The position numbers were made by a program, and so were the translations under genes. 64,000 nucleotides of DNA from a bacterium (GTDB lineage: Bacteria; Hinthialibacterota; Hinthialibacteria; Hinthialibacterales; Hinthialibacteraceae): NCBI GenBank assembly GCA_041946805.1, contig JBHGBC010000004.1, positions 40,948 through 104,947 of the forward strand. Direction: 5' to 3'. Shown here one piece after another: positions 29,034 to 39,263 of the stretch. Under the pieces are notes generated by a model. The model worked only from the letters and a program-made list of their open reading frames with translations, was not told where the DNA came from and made no database searches. Numbering within the stretch: the stretch's first letter is position 1; every line of letters starts with the position of its first letter.

Positions 29034-29986
29034 TCGGACACCTCCTTCTTTTCTCCGGCGATGATCTCGATGAAGATGTCTTCCAGCGTCGGATCCATGG
29101 AGCGGATTTCATACAGGTCCCATCCGCTCCCCACGATGCGGCTGGACAGCACCGGGCGCAAGTCCTTGTTGGGATCGGTGGCCAGGGAAACCTGGCACAA
29201 TCCATCCCCGCCGGACAGATCCAGACTTTCGATCCGGGTGACGCCCTGGATTTCCCCCAGCGCGGACTTGATCTCCTGCGCGGGGGCCTTGACCGTCAGG
29301 CGGATTTCGCGGCTTTTGGCCATGCGCCGGGACAATTCGCCCACCGCGTCGGCGGCGACGATCCGGCCTTCGTGGATGATCAACACCCGGTCGCAGATCA
29401 TGCTGACTTCGGGCAGGATGTGGGTGGAGAGAATGACCGTCCTCTTCCCCAGCATGTTCTTGATTAATTCGCGGATTTCGCGGATCTGATTGGGATCGAG
29501 ACCCACCGTGGGTTCGTCCAGGATCAACACCTTGGGATTGCCGATCAGCGCCTGCGCCAGCCCCACCCGCTGCCGGTAGCCTTTCGAGAGCTTCCCGATG
29601 GTCCGCCGGGCGACTTCGCTGATCCCGGTCTCCTCCATGGCTTCCCGGATCATGGCGGCCCGGTCGCCGGGGGAAATGCCTTTGACCTCCGCCACGAATC
29701 CCAGAAATCCGGCGACTTCCATGTCGGCGTAGAGCGGGGTGTTTTCAGGCAAGTAACCAATGCTTTTCCGGACTTCCAGGGACGATTCCATGACGTCATA
29801 GCCCGCCACCGTGGCCCGCCCCGACGTGGGGGGCGAATAACCGGTGAGGATCCGCATGGTGGTCGTCTTGCCGGCGCCGTTGGGACCCAGGAACCCGAGG
29901 ATTTCTCCCTCGGCGACCTCGAAGGAAACATCCTCGATCGCCGTGACGCGGTTGTACGTCTTTTTCAGGTTTTCTGCAACGATCAT
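29030..29986 (-). CDS. ABC transporter ATP-binding protein (GldA-like)
   Basis: GPNGAGKTT, LSKGYRQR and LILDEPTVGLD motifs; GAGGAG RBS before ATG 29986. Confidence 0.93.
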   Translation of the reverse strand: MIVAENLKKTYNRVTAIEDVSFEVAEGEILGFLGPNGAGKTTTMRILTGYSPPTSGRATVAGYDVMESSLEVRKSIGYLPENTPLYADMEVAGFLGFVAEVKGISPGDRAAMIREAMEETGISEVARRTIGKLSKGYRQRVGLAQALIGNPKVLILDEPTVGLDPNQIREIRELIKNMLGKRTVILSTHILPEVSMICDRVLIIHEGRIVAADAVGELSRRMAKSREIRLTVKAPAQEIKSALGEIQGVTRIESLDLSGGDGLCQVSLATDPNKDLRPVLSSRIVGSGWDLYEIRSMDPTLEDIFIEIIAGEKKEVSE

Positions 29987-30248
29987 GGCTCTCCTCGTAC
30001 AGACTTGGAACAGAATAGGGAAGAGGGTAAGGTGAGACCCCTTGCGCCAAACCGGCACACGGGTTTGAAACGAAAGAAAGCGGTTCGAGTAACGCTCAAT
30101 CCGCTGATCCGATCCGGCTTTTTTTCGTTTTGCGGCACACCTTGCCCGGCGCAACCATTTGGTCGTGACTGGTTTTTCAGGAAGAAACCGATAATTCCCG
30201 GTGTATAGTGTCCCCAAACCGGCAATCGCGCAAGATCGGTGAAGGGCG

Positions 30249-31184
30249 TCAGATGGTTTTCCAGGGTTGGTGACTCAAGGAACTGCCAGGGCGTACCTTG
30301 ACCATAATGATCCGGTTGCCCTTGTCGTTGAACTCCACATGGCTCATGAACGCCCGGATCAAAAACAGCCCCCGCCCGTGGTTGGCCAGGATCTTCACAT
30401 GGTCCAACGAGTCGGGCAGGGATTTCCAGTCGAAACCCTTGCCCTCATCCTCGATCGTGAAACAGACATAATCGGGCGTGAGATGCCGGGTGATCCGGAC
30501 TTTCCGGTCCCGGTAGGGACTCAGCTGGCTGCGTTCGCGCACGATTTGGTTGAAAGCCATCATCTCGTCCAACGAGGATCCCTTGGTCCGCGAGGGAATT
30601 TCCAGGTTGCCATGGACGATGGCGTTCACCAGGGCTTCATCCAGGGCGATGCGAATGTTGGTCAGTTCCGAATCATCACAGATGCTTACTCGGGTGATTT
30701 TTTCGGACAGCAGGTCGATCAAGGCCAGGGTGTATTGCAGGTCGGTGGGGATGCAGTAGGTTTGATGCTCCTCGTTGAAAAAATCGAAGATTTGCTGCTC
30801 CAGTTTCTTGCGGTGCCGCATGCGCAGGATTTTCCCGGCGACTGTCGCGACCAGCTCCACCTCCTGAGGCTTCAAGAGAAAGTTGGACGCACCCAGCCGC
30901 AACGCTTCAATCACATCCTCGCGGCGGCCGAATCCCGTCAGAATGACGATGGGGATCTCCGGCTTTTGACGGCGCAGTTCCGCGAGAAGCTCCATGCCCC
31001 CCATGACGGGCATCTTCAAATCAGTAAAGACAAGATCCACCTCCTCGCTTATGCAGATTTCCAGCGCGTCCCGCCCATTGTCCGCTTCCAGCATCCGGTA
31101 CTGGCCCGACTCCTGCAGCATGGCCACGAGCAGGTCGCGGATCATCTTCTCGTCATCCACTATGAGGATGGTCCCATCATTCAT
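30249..31184 (-). CDS. Response regulator with a C-terminal RsbW-like HATPase domain
   Basis: ILIVDDE, TDLKMP and FLLKP receiver motifs; EALVNAIVHGN, DEGKGFD and GRGLFLI. Confidence 0.9.
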   Translation of the reverse strand: MNDGTILIVDDEKMIRDLLVAMLQESGQYRMLEADNGRDALEICISEEVDLVFTDLKMPVMGGMELLAELRRQKPEIPIVILTGFGRREDVIEALRLGASNFLLKPQEVELVATVAGKILRMRHRKKLEQQIFDFFNEEHQTYCIPTDLQYTLALIDLLSEKITRVSICDDSELTNIRIALDEALVNAIVHGNLEIPSRTKGSSLDEMMAFNQIVRERSQLSPYRDRKVRITRHLTPDYVCFTIEDEGKGFDWKSLPDSLDHVKILANHGRGLFLIRAFMSHVEFNDKGNRIIMVKVRPGSSLSHQPWKTI

Positions 31185-31383
31185 GAATTCTGCCCACCGT
31201 CTTACTCCCCTTGTTGGACGGAAAACGGACTCCATCCCCTCGTACCGACTCGCGTTGAAAAACCATTTGTTTAATACATCCCTATCTCAATTGTTTCAAG
31301 TTAAACGATCTTCTTGTAACGAAAATTATAATGGTTTGGCGGGCCAGGGTAAAGAAATCTCTCCCCGTGGGAGATTCCACTCC

Positions 31384-32367
31384 CTACCGGGTGGCCGCTC
31401 CCGCCGGCCGGGGACGTTTCATACGTTGGGCGGCGTATTTCACGATCCCCCTGATCAGGTGAGAGAGGGAAAAACCGATCGGAGCGATTTCAGGAATTTC
31501 AAACCCGTTAATCCGCGCCTCCTCCAGCGGCAAGCCATGAATGGAGATGGACTCCAGCTCGGCGGCGGGAAATCCCCGCCGCCCCGCCGCGCGGATCACA
31601 AAATGATCTTGCCAATCCACCCGCAGAATTTCCGTAACCACCCGGTCCACGGCCAGCGCGTCCCGGCCGGCCAGGATCAGGCCGATGGATTTCGGCGTCC
31701 CGCTGCCCGGCCCCATCCCTTCCATGGCGACGACCGCGTCCACGATGGTCAATTCGGGAGCGGTCCGTTCATAGACCGTAAGCAGCATATCGGCGAACCG
31801 GTCGGGCCCCTTCCGGAGTTTGAAATGCCAATAGGCTTTCCGGCGGCCCTTGACGCAACCGAAGAGGTTTTTGACTCCACAGGTCAGCAGCATCTGCTGG
31901 TGGGCCTTCAACTTGGGGACATTGATCACCACGTCCGCCTCCAGCACGGCCCGGTCGATCGCGGGAGCGGCCAATGCCCCGGTGCGTTCCGGCGGGCGGC
32001 GGCATCCCGGCGCGGGACAATGGAATTCGATGACGTCAATTTTCAACCGGCGGGCCGCCTCACCGATCCCGCTGACGGCCGCCACGCGGTTCGCGCTGGC
32101 CAGGGGAGGACTGTCGCCGATCACGACCCGGCCGCCGCAATCCAGGGCCAGCCGGGCCACCGCCTCCACCACGGCGGGATGTGTGGTGACCGCCGCTTCC
32201 GGCGGCCGGGCGAACAGCATATTGGGTTTGATCAGGACTTTGTCGCCGGGTTTGACGGCCGCGGCCATCCCCCCCAGCGGGGCCAGCGAACGTTCGACCG
32301 CCTCCCGCACGGCCTCCGCCTGGTAGGTGGCACAGCGTTGGATCGCGACAGAAAACGCGCTGGTCAT
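31384..32367 (-). CDS. DUF362 domain-containing protein
   Basis: KVLIKPNM, TTHPAVV, PKLKAH, VKNLFG and MEGMGP motifs. Confidence 0.88.
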   Translation of the reverse strand: MTSAFSVAIQRCATYQAEAVREAVERSLAPLGGMAAAVKPGDKVLIKPNMLFARPPEAAVTTHPAVVEAVARLALDCGGRVVIGDSPPLASANRVAAVSGIGEAARRLKIDVIEFHCPAPGCRRPPERTGALAAPAIDRAVLEADVVINVPKLKAHQQMLLTCGVKNLFGCVKGRRKAYWHFKLRKGPDRFADMLLTVYERTAPELTIVDAVVAMEGMGPGSGTPKSIGLILAGRDALAVDRVVTEILRVDWQDHFVIRAAGRRGFPAAELESISIHGLPLEEARINGFEIPEIAPIGFSLSHLIRGIVKYAAQRMKRPRPAGAATR

Positions 32368-32472
32368 GGATTCACTCCAAAATGGAAATTTCAAGTCCCT
32401 CCCCCTGACGCCGATTTTTCATGTAGCCACAATCAGGGTTCAATTATACGGAGTGGGGGTAAAGCCTTAGTT

Positions 32473-32505
32473 CCCTCTCCCTCTGGAAGAGGGTCAGGGT
32501 GAGGG
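32473..32505 (-). repeat. Palindrome A copy
   Basis: CCCTCTCCCTCTGGAAGAGGGTCAGGGTGAGGG. Confidence 0.75.
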
Positions 32506-32649
32506 AAGTCATGGCTGCCCCGGCCTTCATCTCCGGATGATCCCAATCATTCCAACAGCCGGGATTGGAACCTGGTGCCATGCCCGTTTACAGGATACCG
32601 GCTCTCTTTCTCTCGATCCATGGAAGGCGGAAAGGAAGTCAAAGGCGGT

Positions 32650-33645
32650 CTAGGCCCGTGGTCCGAATTCGCGGATCCAGGCGATGGACATGGCGATGCC
32701 TTCATCCAGGGAAATCCGGGGATTGTACCCAAGAAGTTTGCGGGCTTTGGAAATGTCGGCGATATAGCGGGTTACTTCGCCCGGCTGGGGAGGTGTGAAG
32801 GTGATGATGGGTTCCACGCCGGTGTGCTTGCCGATCAGCAGGGCGAGTTGATGCAGGCTGTTGCCCTCTCCGCAGGCCAGATTAATGGTTTGATTGCGGA
32901 CTTCGCCGGCCAGGAGTTTCTCGATGCCCAGGCAAATCCCGTCCACGCAGTCGTCGATGTAGGTGAAGTCCAGAATCTTTTCCTGCCCGTGGATGACGAT
33001 GGGCTGTCCCTGGGAGATCCGCCGGATGAAGAGGGGAGTCACACGTTCCATGCGTTCCAGGTCGTTGTCGTACCGGCCGTAGACATTGCTGAACCGAAAG
33101 ACGATGTAAGGCAGGCCGTAGCATTGGGCGTACGAGTAGATGAACGCCTCGCCCGCAATCTTGCTGGCGGAGTAGGGGCTTTCGGCGACGACGAAATCCG
33201 CGCACGATTCATCCGTCACATGCCGGTGGATGTCACCGTACACTTCCCGCGAGCTGCCGAAGATGATGGGAATCCGGGCCAGGCGGGCGCTTTCCGCCGC
33301 CTTGAAGGTCATGTTGACATTCTCCAAGGCCCGCGAAGGCTCCCGGACCAGTTCGAAGACCTTGGCGTGCGCCGCCAGGTGGACCAGGAGTTGAATGTCG
33401 AATCCCCGGATCAGCTCCAACAACCGCCCCACGCAGTCGGTGGTGAGGTCCACCAGGCGTGTGGGAATCCCGCTCGTCCAGGTGTTGGGACGAATATCCA
33501 CTCCCAGGACCGCGTGGCCCTCCCCTATCAGCCGCAAGGCCAGGTTGGTCCCGATTTGTCCACTGGATCCGGTGATGAGTATGTTCAACTTCGTTGGACT
33601 CCCATTGGCGAGAAAGTGGATCCCGCCCGTGAGCGGGCCGGGCAT
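32650..33645 (-). CDS. NAD-dependent epimerase/dehydratase
   Basis: TGSSGQIG, SSREVYG, YSASK and RFSNVYG motifs; true start may be TTG at 33588. Confidence 0.9.
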   Translation of the reverse strand: MPGPLTGGIHFLANGSPTKLNILITGSSGQIGTNLALRLIGEGHAVLGVDIRPNTWTSGIPTRLVDLTTDCVGRLLELIRGFDIQLLVHLAAHAKVFELVREPSRALENVNMTFKAAESARLARIPIIFGSSREVYGDIHRHVTDESCADFVVAESPYSASKIAGEAFIYSYAQCYGLPYIVFRFSNVYGRYDNDLERMERVTPLFIRRISQGQPIVIHGQEKILDFTYIDDCVDGICLGIEKLLAGEVRNQTINLACGEGNSLHQLALLIGKHTGVEPIITFTPPQPGEVTRYIADISKARKLLGYNPRISLDEGIAMSIAWIREFGPRA

Positions 33646-33727
33646 TGGTTGGAATCATGGTATCCCCCCCGGACTTCGTCAAGAAGCCGGGAAGGAATTC
33701 AGTGGCCGGTTGGAGTTGAAGAGAGTT

Positions 33728-33760
33728 AAAAGAAAAGGGCCGGCGGGTGGCGCCGGCCCT
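33728..33760 (-). terminator. Intrinsic terminator downstream of the coiled-coil gene
   Basis: Minus strand AGGGCCGGCG-CCACC-CGCCGGCCCT-TTTCTTTT. Confidence 0.75.
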
Positions 33761-33783
33761 CTGGATTTCCAGGACGGGTGGGA

Positions 33784-35286
33784 TCATTCGTTCACGGGAG
33801 CCGTTTTGGTGTCCACCGGCCGTTCCTCGGGATTCAGGCCCGTGGAGGCGGGAGCGGAGGTTTCCGGATTCTCGAGGACGGTGAGGCTGGAGGCTTGCGG
33901 TTGGCTGTCCAGGGTTTTGACCGTTCCCGAGATGAAGCCGAGCCGCTCCACGAAGGATTGCAACTGGCCGCCCGCCAGATCGGCCAGCGAGGTGAACTGG
34001 CTGAGAATTTCCACCAGCGCCTGCGTTTGGCCGGCCTCATCGTTCCGGGCCATGAGAATTTGTGTCCGGGCCTTGGCTTCGTCCACCTGGCTGGAGATCT
34101 GATTCCGGAGATTCTGGGCTTTCTCCGTGATTTCCTGCAGCGAAGCGGTGAGGCTCTGGAGCGGCAGGGTATCTTGCGGGGGCAAGAGCCGGGATTGGGT
34201 CTCCAGGGAACTTTGAGCGTCCACGTTCTTCAATTTCTCCAGGGTTTCCGTGATTCCCCGCACGCTTTGCACCAGGTTTTGGATTTCCGCGGTGGTCTGG
34301 TTCCGGCTGTTTTCGAATTCCGACTTGAGTTCGACCCGCGCGCCTTCCAGGCCTTCGCTGGTGAGGTAGAGGGCCTTCATCATCGACTCCGCCGTGCTGT
34401 CGAGCCGTTGGCCGATTTCATTGATCTTCTGTTGCAGGGCTTCCAGGTCCTTGCGCAGGGTGTCCTGGGAGGCTTGCGCGGAGGACTGCAAGGCGGTGAT
34501 TTTCTGATCGCTGGCCTCCTGCCATCCGGGCAGGCTTGTGTTCATGGCCTGCATGGCTTCGCGGGAGGAGCCGACTTCCGATTGGAGATCGGACACTTGC
34601 CGCGCGAGGGCGGTCAGTTCGGCCGAGAACTGCTGGGTCTCCGTCAGCATCTGGCCGGCGTTGGCCGAGAGGGAGGCGGCCAGATCGTTGAGCCGGGCGG
34701 CGGAATTCTGGTCCGCTTGCTTGACCAGTTCCTGCAACGCGCCGGTGGCGGAATCGAGGTGTTCGCGCAGGTCCTGGTTGGCGGCGGTCAGGTTCTTGTC
34801 CAGACCTTGCACGGCCGCGAGCACGGCGTTTTGAGCCGACTGGCTGGATTCCACGGCGTTTCCGAGCAGCGTCTTGTTATCATTGAGAATCCCCATCGCG
34901 GCGGCGTAATGGTCATCCTCCTTTTGGGTGAGATCGAGAATCCCTTTGGCCAGAACCCCCGAGGTGTCCTTGATTTGTTCTCCCAAATGCCGGTTGGCGG
35001 CGTTCATCTGCTCGAGGAGCGAGGCGCGGTTCTTCTCCGCCAGGCTTTGGATTTGTTCGTTGAGGCTGGCGCGTGTGCTGTCCACCGCGGAGACCACTTT
35101 CTGCTGGTTCTGTTCGACCGCGTTCAACCGGTAATCCAAGTACGCGGCCATGCCGATCCAGGACCCGACGATGGTCACCAGGCCGGCGACAACCAACCCC
35201 GTGGACGACCGGGCTCCGTTTTCCATTTCCGGGGAAACCTGTTCCGGGTAGTTCGGACTGACTTGGGGATTGGGATTTGTGTTCAT
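33784..35286 (-). CDS. Membrane-anchored coiled-coil hypothetical protein
   Basis: One TM near the N-terminus followed by ~400 aa rich in A/L/Q/E/S; AGAGGAG RBS. Confidence 0.8.
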   Translation of the reverse strand: MNTNPNPQVSPNYPEQVSPEMENGARSSTGLVVAGLVTIVGSWIGMAAYLDYRLNAVEQNQQKVVSAVDSTRASLNEQIQSLAEKNRASLLEQMNAANRHLGEQIKDTSGVLAKGILDLTQKEDDHYAAAMGILNDNKTLLGNAVESSQSAQNAVLAAVQGLDKNLTAANQDLREHLDSATGALQELVKQADQNSAARLNDLAASLSANAGQMLTETQQFSAELTALARQVSDLQSEVGSSREAMQAMNTSLPGWQEASDQKITALQSSAQASQDTLRKDLEALQQKINEIGQRLDSTAESMMKALYLTSEGLEGARVELKSEFENSRNQTTAEIQNLVQSVRGITETLEKLKNVDAQSSLETQSRLLPPQDTLPLQSLTASLQEITEKAQNLRNQISSQVDEAKARTQILMARNDEAGQTQALVEILSQFTSLADLAGGQLQSFVERLGFISGTVKTLDSQPQASSLTVLENPETSAPASTGLNPEERPVDTKTAPVNE

Positions 35287-36022
35287 GATTCGACTCCTCT
35301 ATGAGTGTGATTGAGTACCGGGGGGACAAGCCCGCGCCGGCCTCCTGGGTATCGATGGATGGTGATCCCCGGCCGGTTCCCGCGTTTCGGGATTCCGGCC
35401 CGGCCGGGATCATGGGTCAGGCTAATTCATGGGGAGAACGGGGCCAGCGGGAAAGACACCAACGCGTCTTCCCTCCGCGCGAGGGATAGCCGGCATAAAC
35501 GGGTGGAACGAGCAGGAAAAAGCCAACCCCAAAAGGCAACAACCCCTATACTCTATGGTGAAATCTCTCTAATTCCGATTGCTCGGATGTCATGGAACTG
35601 CATTCAACGGACCTTCGTCCGGCGCGGTGCGTCTGGTTGAAGAGAGAAATCGCATCAACTCGGGGACAGTACGGTCAATTCGTCCGATGTAACCCGCCAC
35701 CACCCTCACGCATTTCATCCTCGACCGCCATCATCCCTCAATCCCGACACGATATGGAACTATCTTGCCAGTATCGAGCTTTGATGTCAATTAAAAGATA
35801 CGGAATGGCGAGGAAAAAATACCATGGCGAAAAATGAAGGCCCCGCCGGATTACCGGATCATCCCCCGCGTCAGAAGGAGAAGCGGCCATGGCGGCCCGC
35901 GGGCCGCCCCTGCAATCCATGCCCTTTCCCGGCTCCGGGTTTTACCCTGACTCTCACCCGTTCCGAGGTATAATAGGCATGTTTGACTCAATCCATCCTG
36001 AATTCCGGGAATTGAGGAACCG

Positions 36023-37117
36023 ATGACCATTGCCGCAATCGAAGAAAAAGTCCAAGCCGGCGAGCGGATCAGCGACGAGGAGGCCTTGTTCCTTTTCCAT
36101 TCACCGGACATCCACGCGCTCGGCCGGATGTCGGAAACGGTCCGGCGGCGGTGGAACGGCAACCTCGCCTATTACATCGTCAACCGGCATATCAACTACA
36201 GTAACGTCTGTATTGACTCCTGCCGCTTTTGCGCTTTCGCCCAAAAGCCCGGCCAGCCGCTGGCGTTCACCTATTCGCTCGAAGAGATGCGGCGGCGGGC
36301 GGATGAAGGCGCGGCGCAAGGGGCGATCGAGATCCACATCGTCGGCGGCCTGCATCCCGATCTGCCCTACGAGTATTATTTGAATGTGCTCCGCGCGATC
36401 AAAACCCGCCATCCGCATGTCCATTTGAAATGTTTCACGGCGGTGGAGATCTCCCACCTGGCCCGTTTGGCCGGTTTGACCATCGAGCAGGTGTTGAAAG
36501 ACCTGATCGCGGCCGGACTGGGTTCGCTTCCTGGCGGCGGGGCGGAAATGTTCGCCGACCGGGTGCGGGAGAAAATCTGCCCCGGCAAGTTGTACGTGCA
36601 TGAATGGCTGGACGTGCACCGCACCGCGCACGGCCTGGGCTTGCGCAGCAACGCCACCATGCTGTACGGCCACATCGAAAAGCCGGAGGAGATTGTCGAT
36701 CATCTCGCCCACCTCCGTCCCTTGCAGGACGAAACCGGCGGTTTTTTGACCTTCATCCCCCTGCGCTTCCAGGCCCGCAACACACGCCTCGAGGGAGTGA
36801 TGTGCACCGGACTGAAGGACCTGCGCGTGCATGCCATTTCCCGCATCTATTTGGACAATTTCCCGCATATCAAGTCCTATTGGACCATGCTGGGAGTCAA
36901 AACCGCCCAGGTCATGCTCCGCTTCGGCGCGGACGATTTCGACGGGACCGTCATCGACGAAAAAATCGTGCACATGGCTGGCTCCTCCTCGCCGAAACTC
37001 TTGACCGTCTCCACAATCCAACGCTTAATTCGGGAAGCGGGACGGGAACCGGTGGAACGCGACACGTTATTCCAACCGTATCACCGCACCCAGTCCCTGC
37101 CCGCGGCGATCGCTTGA
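36023..37117 (+). CDS. mqnE: Aminofutalosine synthase (CofH/MqnE radical SAM)
   Basis: NYSNVCIDSCRFCAF, EIHIVGGLHP, FTAVEI, SLPGGGAE, NATMLYGHIE and HIKSYW motifs. Confidence 0.88.
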   Translation: MTIAAIEEKVQAGERISDEEALFLFHSPDIHALGRMSETVRRRWNGNLAYYIVNRHINYSNVCIDSCRFCAFAQKPGQPLAFTYSLEEMRRRADEGAAQGAIEIHIVGGLHPDLPYEYYLNVLRAIKTRHPHVHLKCFTAVEISHLARLAGLTIEQVLKDLIAAGLGSLPGGGAEMFADRVREKICPGKLYVHEWLDVHRTAHGLGLRSNATMLYGHIEKPEEIVDHLAHLRPLQDETGGFLTFIPLRFQARNTRLEGVMCTGLKDLRVHAISRIYLDNFPHIKSYWTMLGVKTAQVMLRFGADDFDGTVIDEKIVHMAGSSSPKLLTVSTIQRLIREAGREPVERDTLFQPYHRTQSLPAAIA

Positions 37118-37174
37118 TTTGTTGGTTCGATGCATTCCGGATAACGCCACCCATTGGATTGAATCGATTCATCC

Positions 37175-38533
37175 ATGACCGAACTGCCAGCCTCCTTCCG
37201 TGATATCGAATGGCTCATCCTGGACATGGATGGAGTCCTGACCAACGAGCAGGCCTATTGGGACACCGCCGGGCTGGTGATCCGCGACCTGCTGGAAAGT
37301 CCGGCGCATCTCGGCCTCGATCCCGCCCAGTTCACTCCCATCGCCGATCTCTTCTATCACCGGATGAACCGCGGCACGCGCTCGGACTGGCGCAAGTATC
37401 TTCCGCCCGAGCTGATCGTCTCCTGCAAATCCCGGGGCATCAACAGCAACTGGGACCTGGCCTACCTGGTGGCGGGACTCTACCTCGCCCCCCTCTTCTC
37501 GCCCTTCTTGACTCTGTGCCAAATGCTGACCGAACCGCCCGCCGGCCCCGAGGAAACGGGCGGTCCCGTGGAAACTGAAGCAGATCCGAACGCCGATTCC
37601 CTGCCCCCGCGGGCCGCTGCCGCGGACCTGCTGGAATGCCTCGCGCCCATCCGCCAACGGCTCCAAGATCACGTGAAAAAGGAGGAGTGGAACCGGTTCA
37701 TCCGGCTGCGGGACATGCACCTCTGGGGCGCGTATTTCCGGAAACAGAATCACCAGGTCTCGCCCGCCCACAACATCGAATTGCGCGTCATGGACGATTT
37801 TCATCCCGACATCCGGGGTTTGCGCCTGCTGGATGAATTGAACCAGCTGATGGATTCGAAACCCGGGCGCCGCTATTCCCTCTTCGGCCGCCGGACGGAT
37901 CTATGGGAGGATTGCCGGGACCTGTTTCAGCAATGGTATCTGGGGGAATCCCTCTATGAATCGGTTTACGGCCGCCCCGTTCCCTATCGGCCCAAGCCGG
38001 GCTTCATCCACCGGGAGGAACCCCTCAACGGCCGGGAGAAAACCCGGGCCTGCCTGACGCAACTGCGGCAAGCGGGCTTCCGGCTGGGGATCGCCACCGG
38101 CCGCCCCCGGCTGGAGATTCTCACCCCGCTGCAGGAGTGGGATTACCTCCATTTTTTCGAAGCCGAACGAATCGTTACTCATGACGAAGTGGAATCCGCC
38201 GAGGCGGAGCTTAAAAACCGGGGGATTCAGGAACTGCTGGGCAAACCGCATCCCTACGTCTTCGCCCGTTCGATTTATCCCCGGGAACCGCTGGATACTC
38301 TACTCCAACTCTGCGCCGGCCCGATTCCAGATGCCCGCAAGGTCCTGATCGTGGGCGACGCGGTGGCCGATATCTGGGCCGCCCGCCCGATCGGCTGCCC
38401 CACGGCCGCCCTCCTCTCCGGCGCGATGGGAATCTCCGGTTACCGGCAACTCGAAGAGGCCAAGCCGGATGTGATCTGCCATGACTTCGTGGAACTGACC
38501 CACGCGCTGATCAGCCGGAAGCGATCGCCCTAA
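37175..38533 (+). CDS. HAD-superfamily hydrolase
   Basis: DMDGVL, IATGRP, GKPHP and VGDAVAD motifs; large cap with RGINSNWD. Confidence 0.88.
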   Translation: MTELPASFRDIEWLILDMDGVLTNEQAYWDTAGLVIRDLLESPAHLGLDPAQFTPIADLFYHRMNRGTRSDWRKYLPPELIVSCKSRGINSNWDLAYLVAGLYLAPLFSPFLTLCQMLTEPPAGPEETGGPVETEADPNADSLPPRAAAADLLECLAPIRQRLQDHVKKEEWNRFIRLRDMHLWGAYFRKQNHQVSPAHNIELRVMDDFHPDIRGLRLLDELNQLMDSKPGRRYSLFGRRTDLWEDCRDLFQQWYLGESLYESVYGRPVPYRPKPGFIHREEPLNGREKTRACLTQLRQAGFRLGIATGRPRLEILTPLQEWDYLHFFEAERIVTHDEVESAEAELKNRGIQELLGKPHPYVFARSIYPREPLDTLLQLCAGPIPDARKVLIVGDAVADIWAARPIGCPTAALLSGAMGISGYRQLEEAKPDVICHDFVELTHALISRKRSP

Positions 38534-38660
38534 GCGGCACGAGGCCGTGTTTGTCTGAATTTGGATGAGCCGGATGATGATGGGTTACGCGCAACACGCT
38601 AACCCATCCTACGATTCTGAGGCCTATCCCAATGCATTGATGTCATCCCGTTTTTTTTGA

Positions 38661-38869
38661 GGTTCATCCGACAAGTGCGTACCCGCTGGAAAGGCATTCC
38701 ATCCACTCGATGAAATTCGGGCGGACACCAAGGTCCGCCCCTACAAAAATTCTCTCACCCTGGCCCTCTCCCGGGGGGAGAGGGGATCAGGGGATTGATT
38801 TCCCCGGCTAGCCCGATTGAAGAGTGGCTTGACATGCTTGAAAAAAAGTACGCACTTATCGGATGAGCC
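38661..38869 (+). mobile_element. MITE-like element (209 bp)
   Basis: TIRs GGTTCATCCGACAAGTGCGTAC / GTACGCACTTATCGGATGAGCC; flanks TTTTTTGA / TTTTTTAA. Confidence 0.8.
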
Positions 38870-38878
38870 TTTTTTAAT

Positions 38879-39245
38879 GTCATCCCCGCGAAAGCGGGGA
38901 TCCAGAAAACCGGATTCCTGATAGAAGCCGGGGCATGTGGCAACGTTCCCCTGCCATGGCATGGCTCGATTCATGGCGCGTAATGATTTACCCGAATGCT
39001 GACCTTTCACAGTGATTTTTTCGTGGTATGAGCAACGAGGGGATCGCTATACGATTCCCTCTCCCCCCGGGAGAGGGCCGGGGTGAGGGAAACCGTTGCA
39101 TGTCGCAATTCAACCTCTATGACTGTGCAATCAGGTAAATGGCCACCTAGGATATACACCTCCCGGAGGGAGAGGGAATGAATTGTTTTGCTTCAACATT
39201 CCCAGGGCGTTGCCCTGGGCTAGCTTCTTACGCGCCGTTGGCGCC
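38879..39245. repeat. Repeat mosaic
   Basis: GTCATCCCCGCGAAAGCGGGGATCCA; GGGGCATGTGGCAACGTTCCCC; inverted A + tail at 39000-39090; CCCAGGGCGTTGCCCTGGGCTA. Confidence 0.75.
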
Positions 39246-39263
39246 CAAATTGAAGCATTCCCC

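Noticed and set aside
35287..36022. SRP RNA, tmRNA or RNase P in the long spacer
   Set aside because: Diagnostic motifs (TCAGGTCCGGAAGGAAGCAG, GAGGAAAGTCC, tRNA-like ends) were not found by eye.
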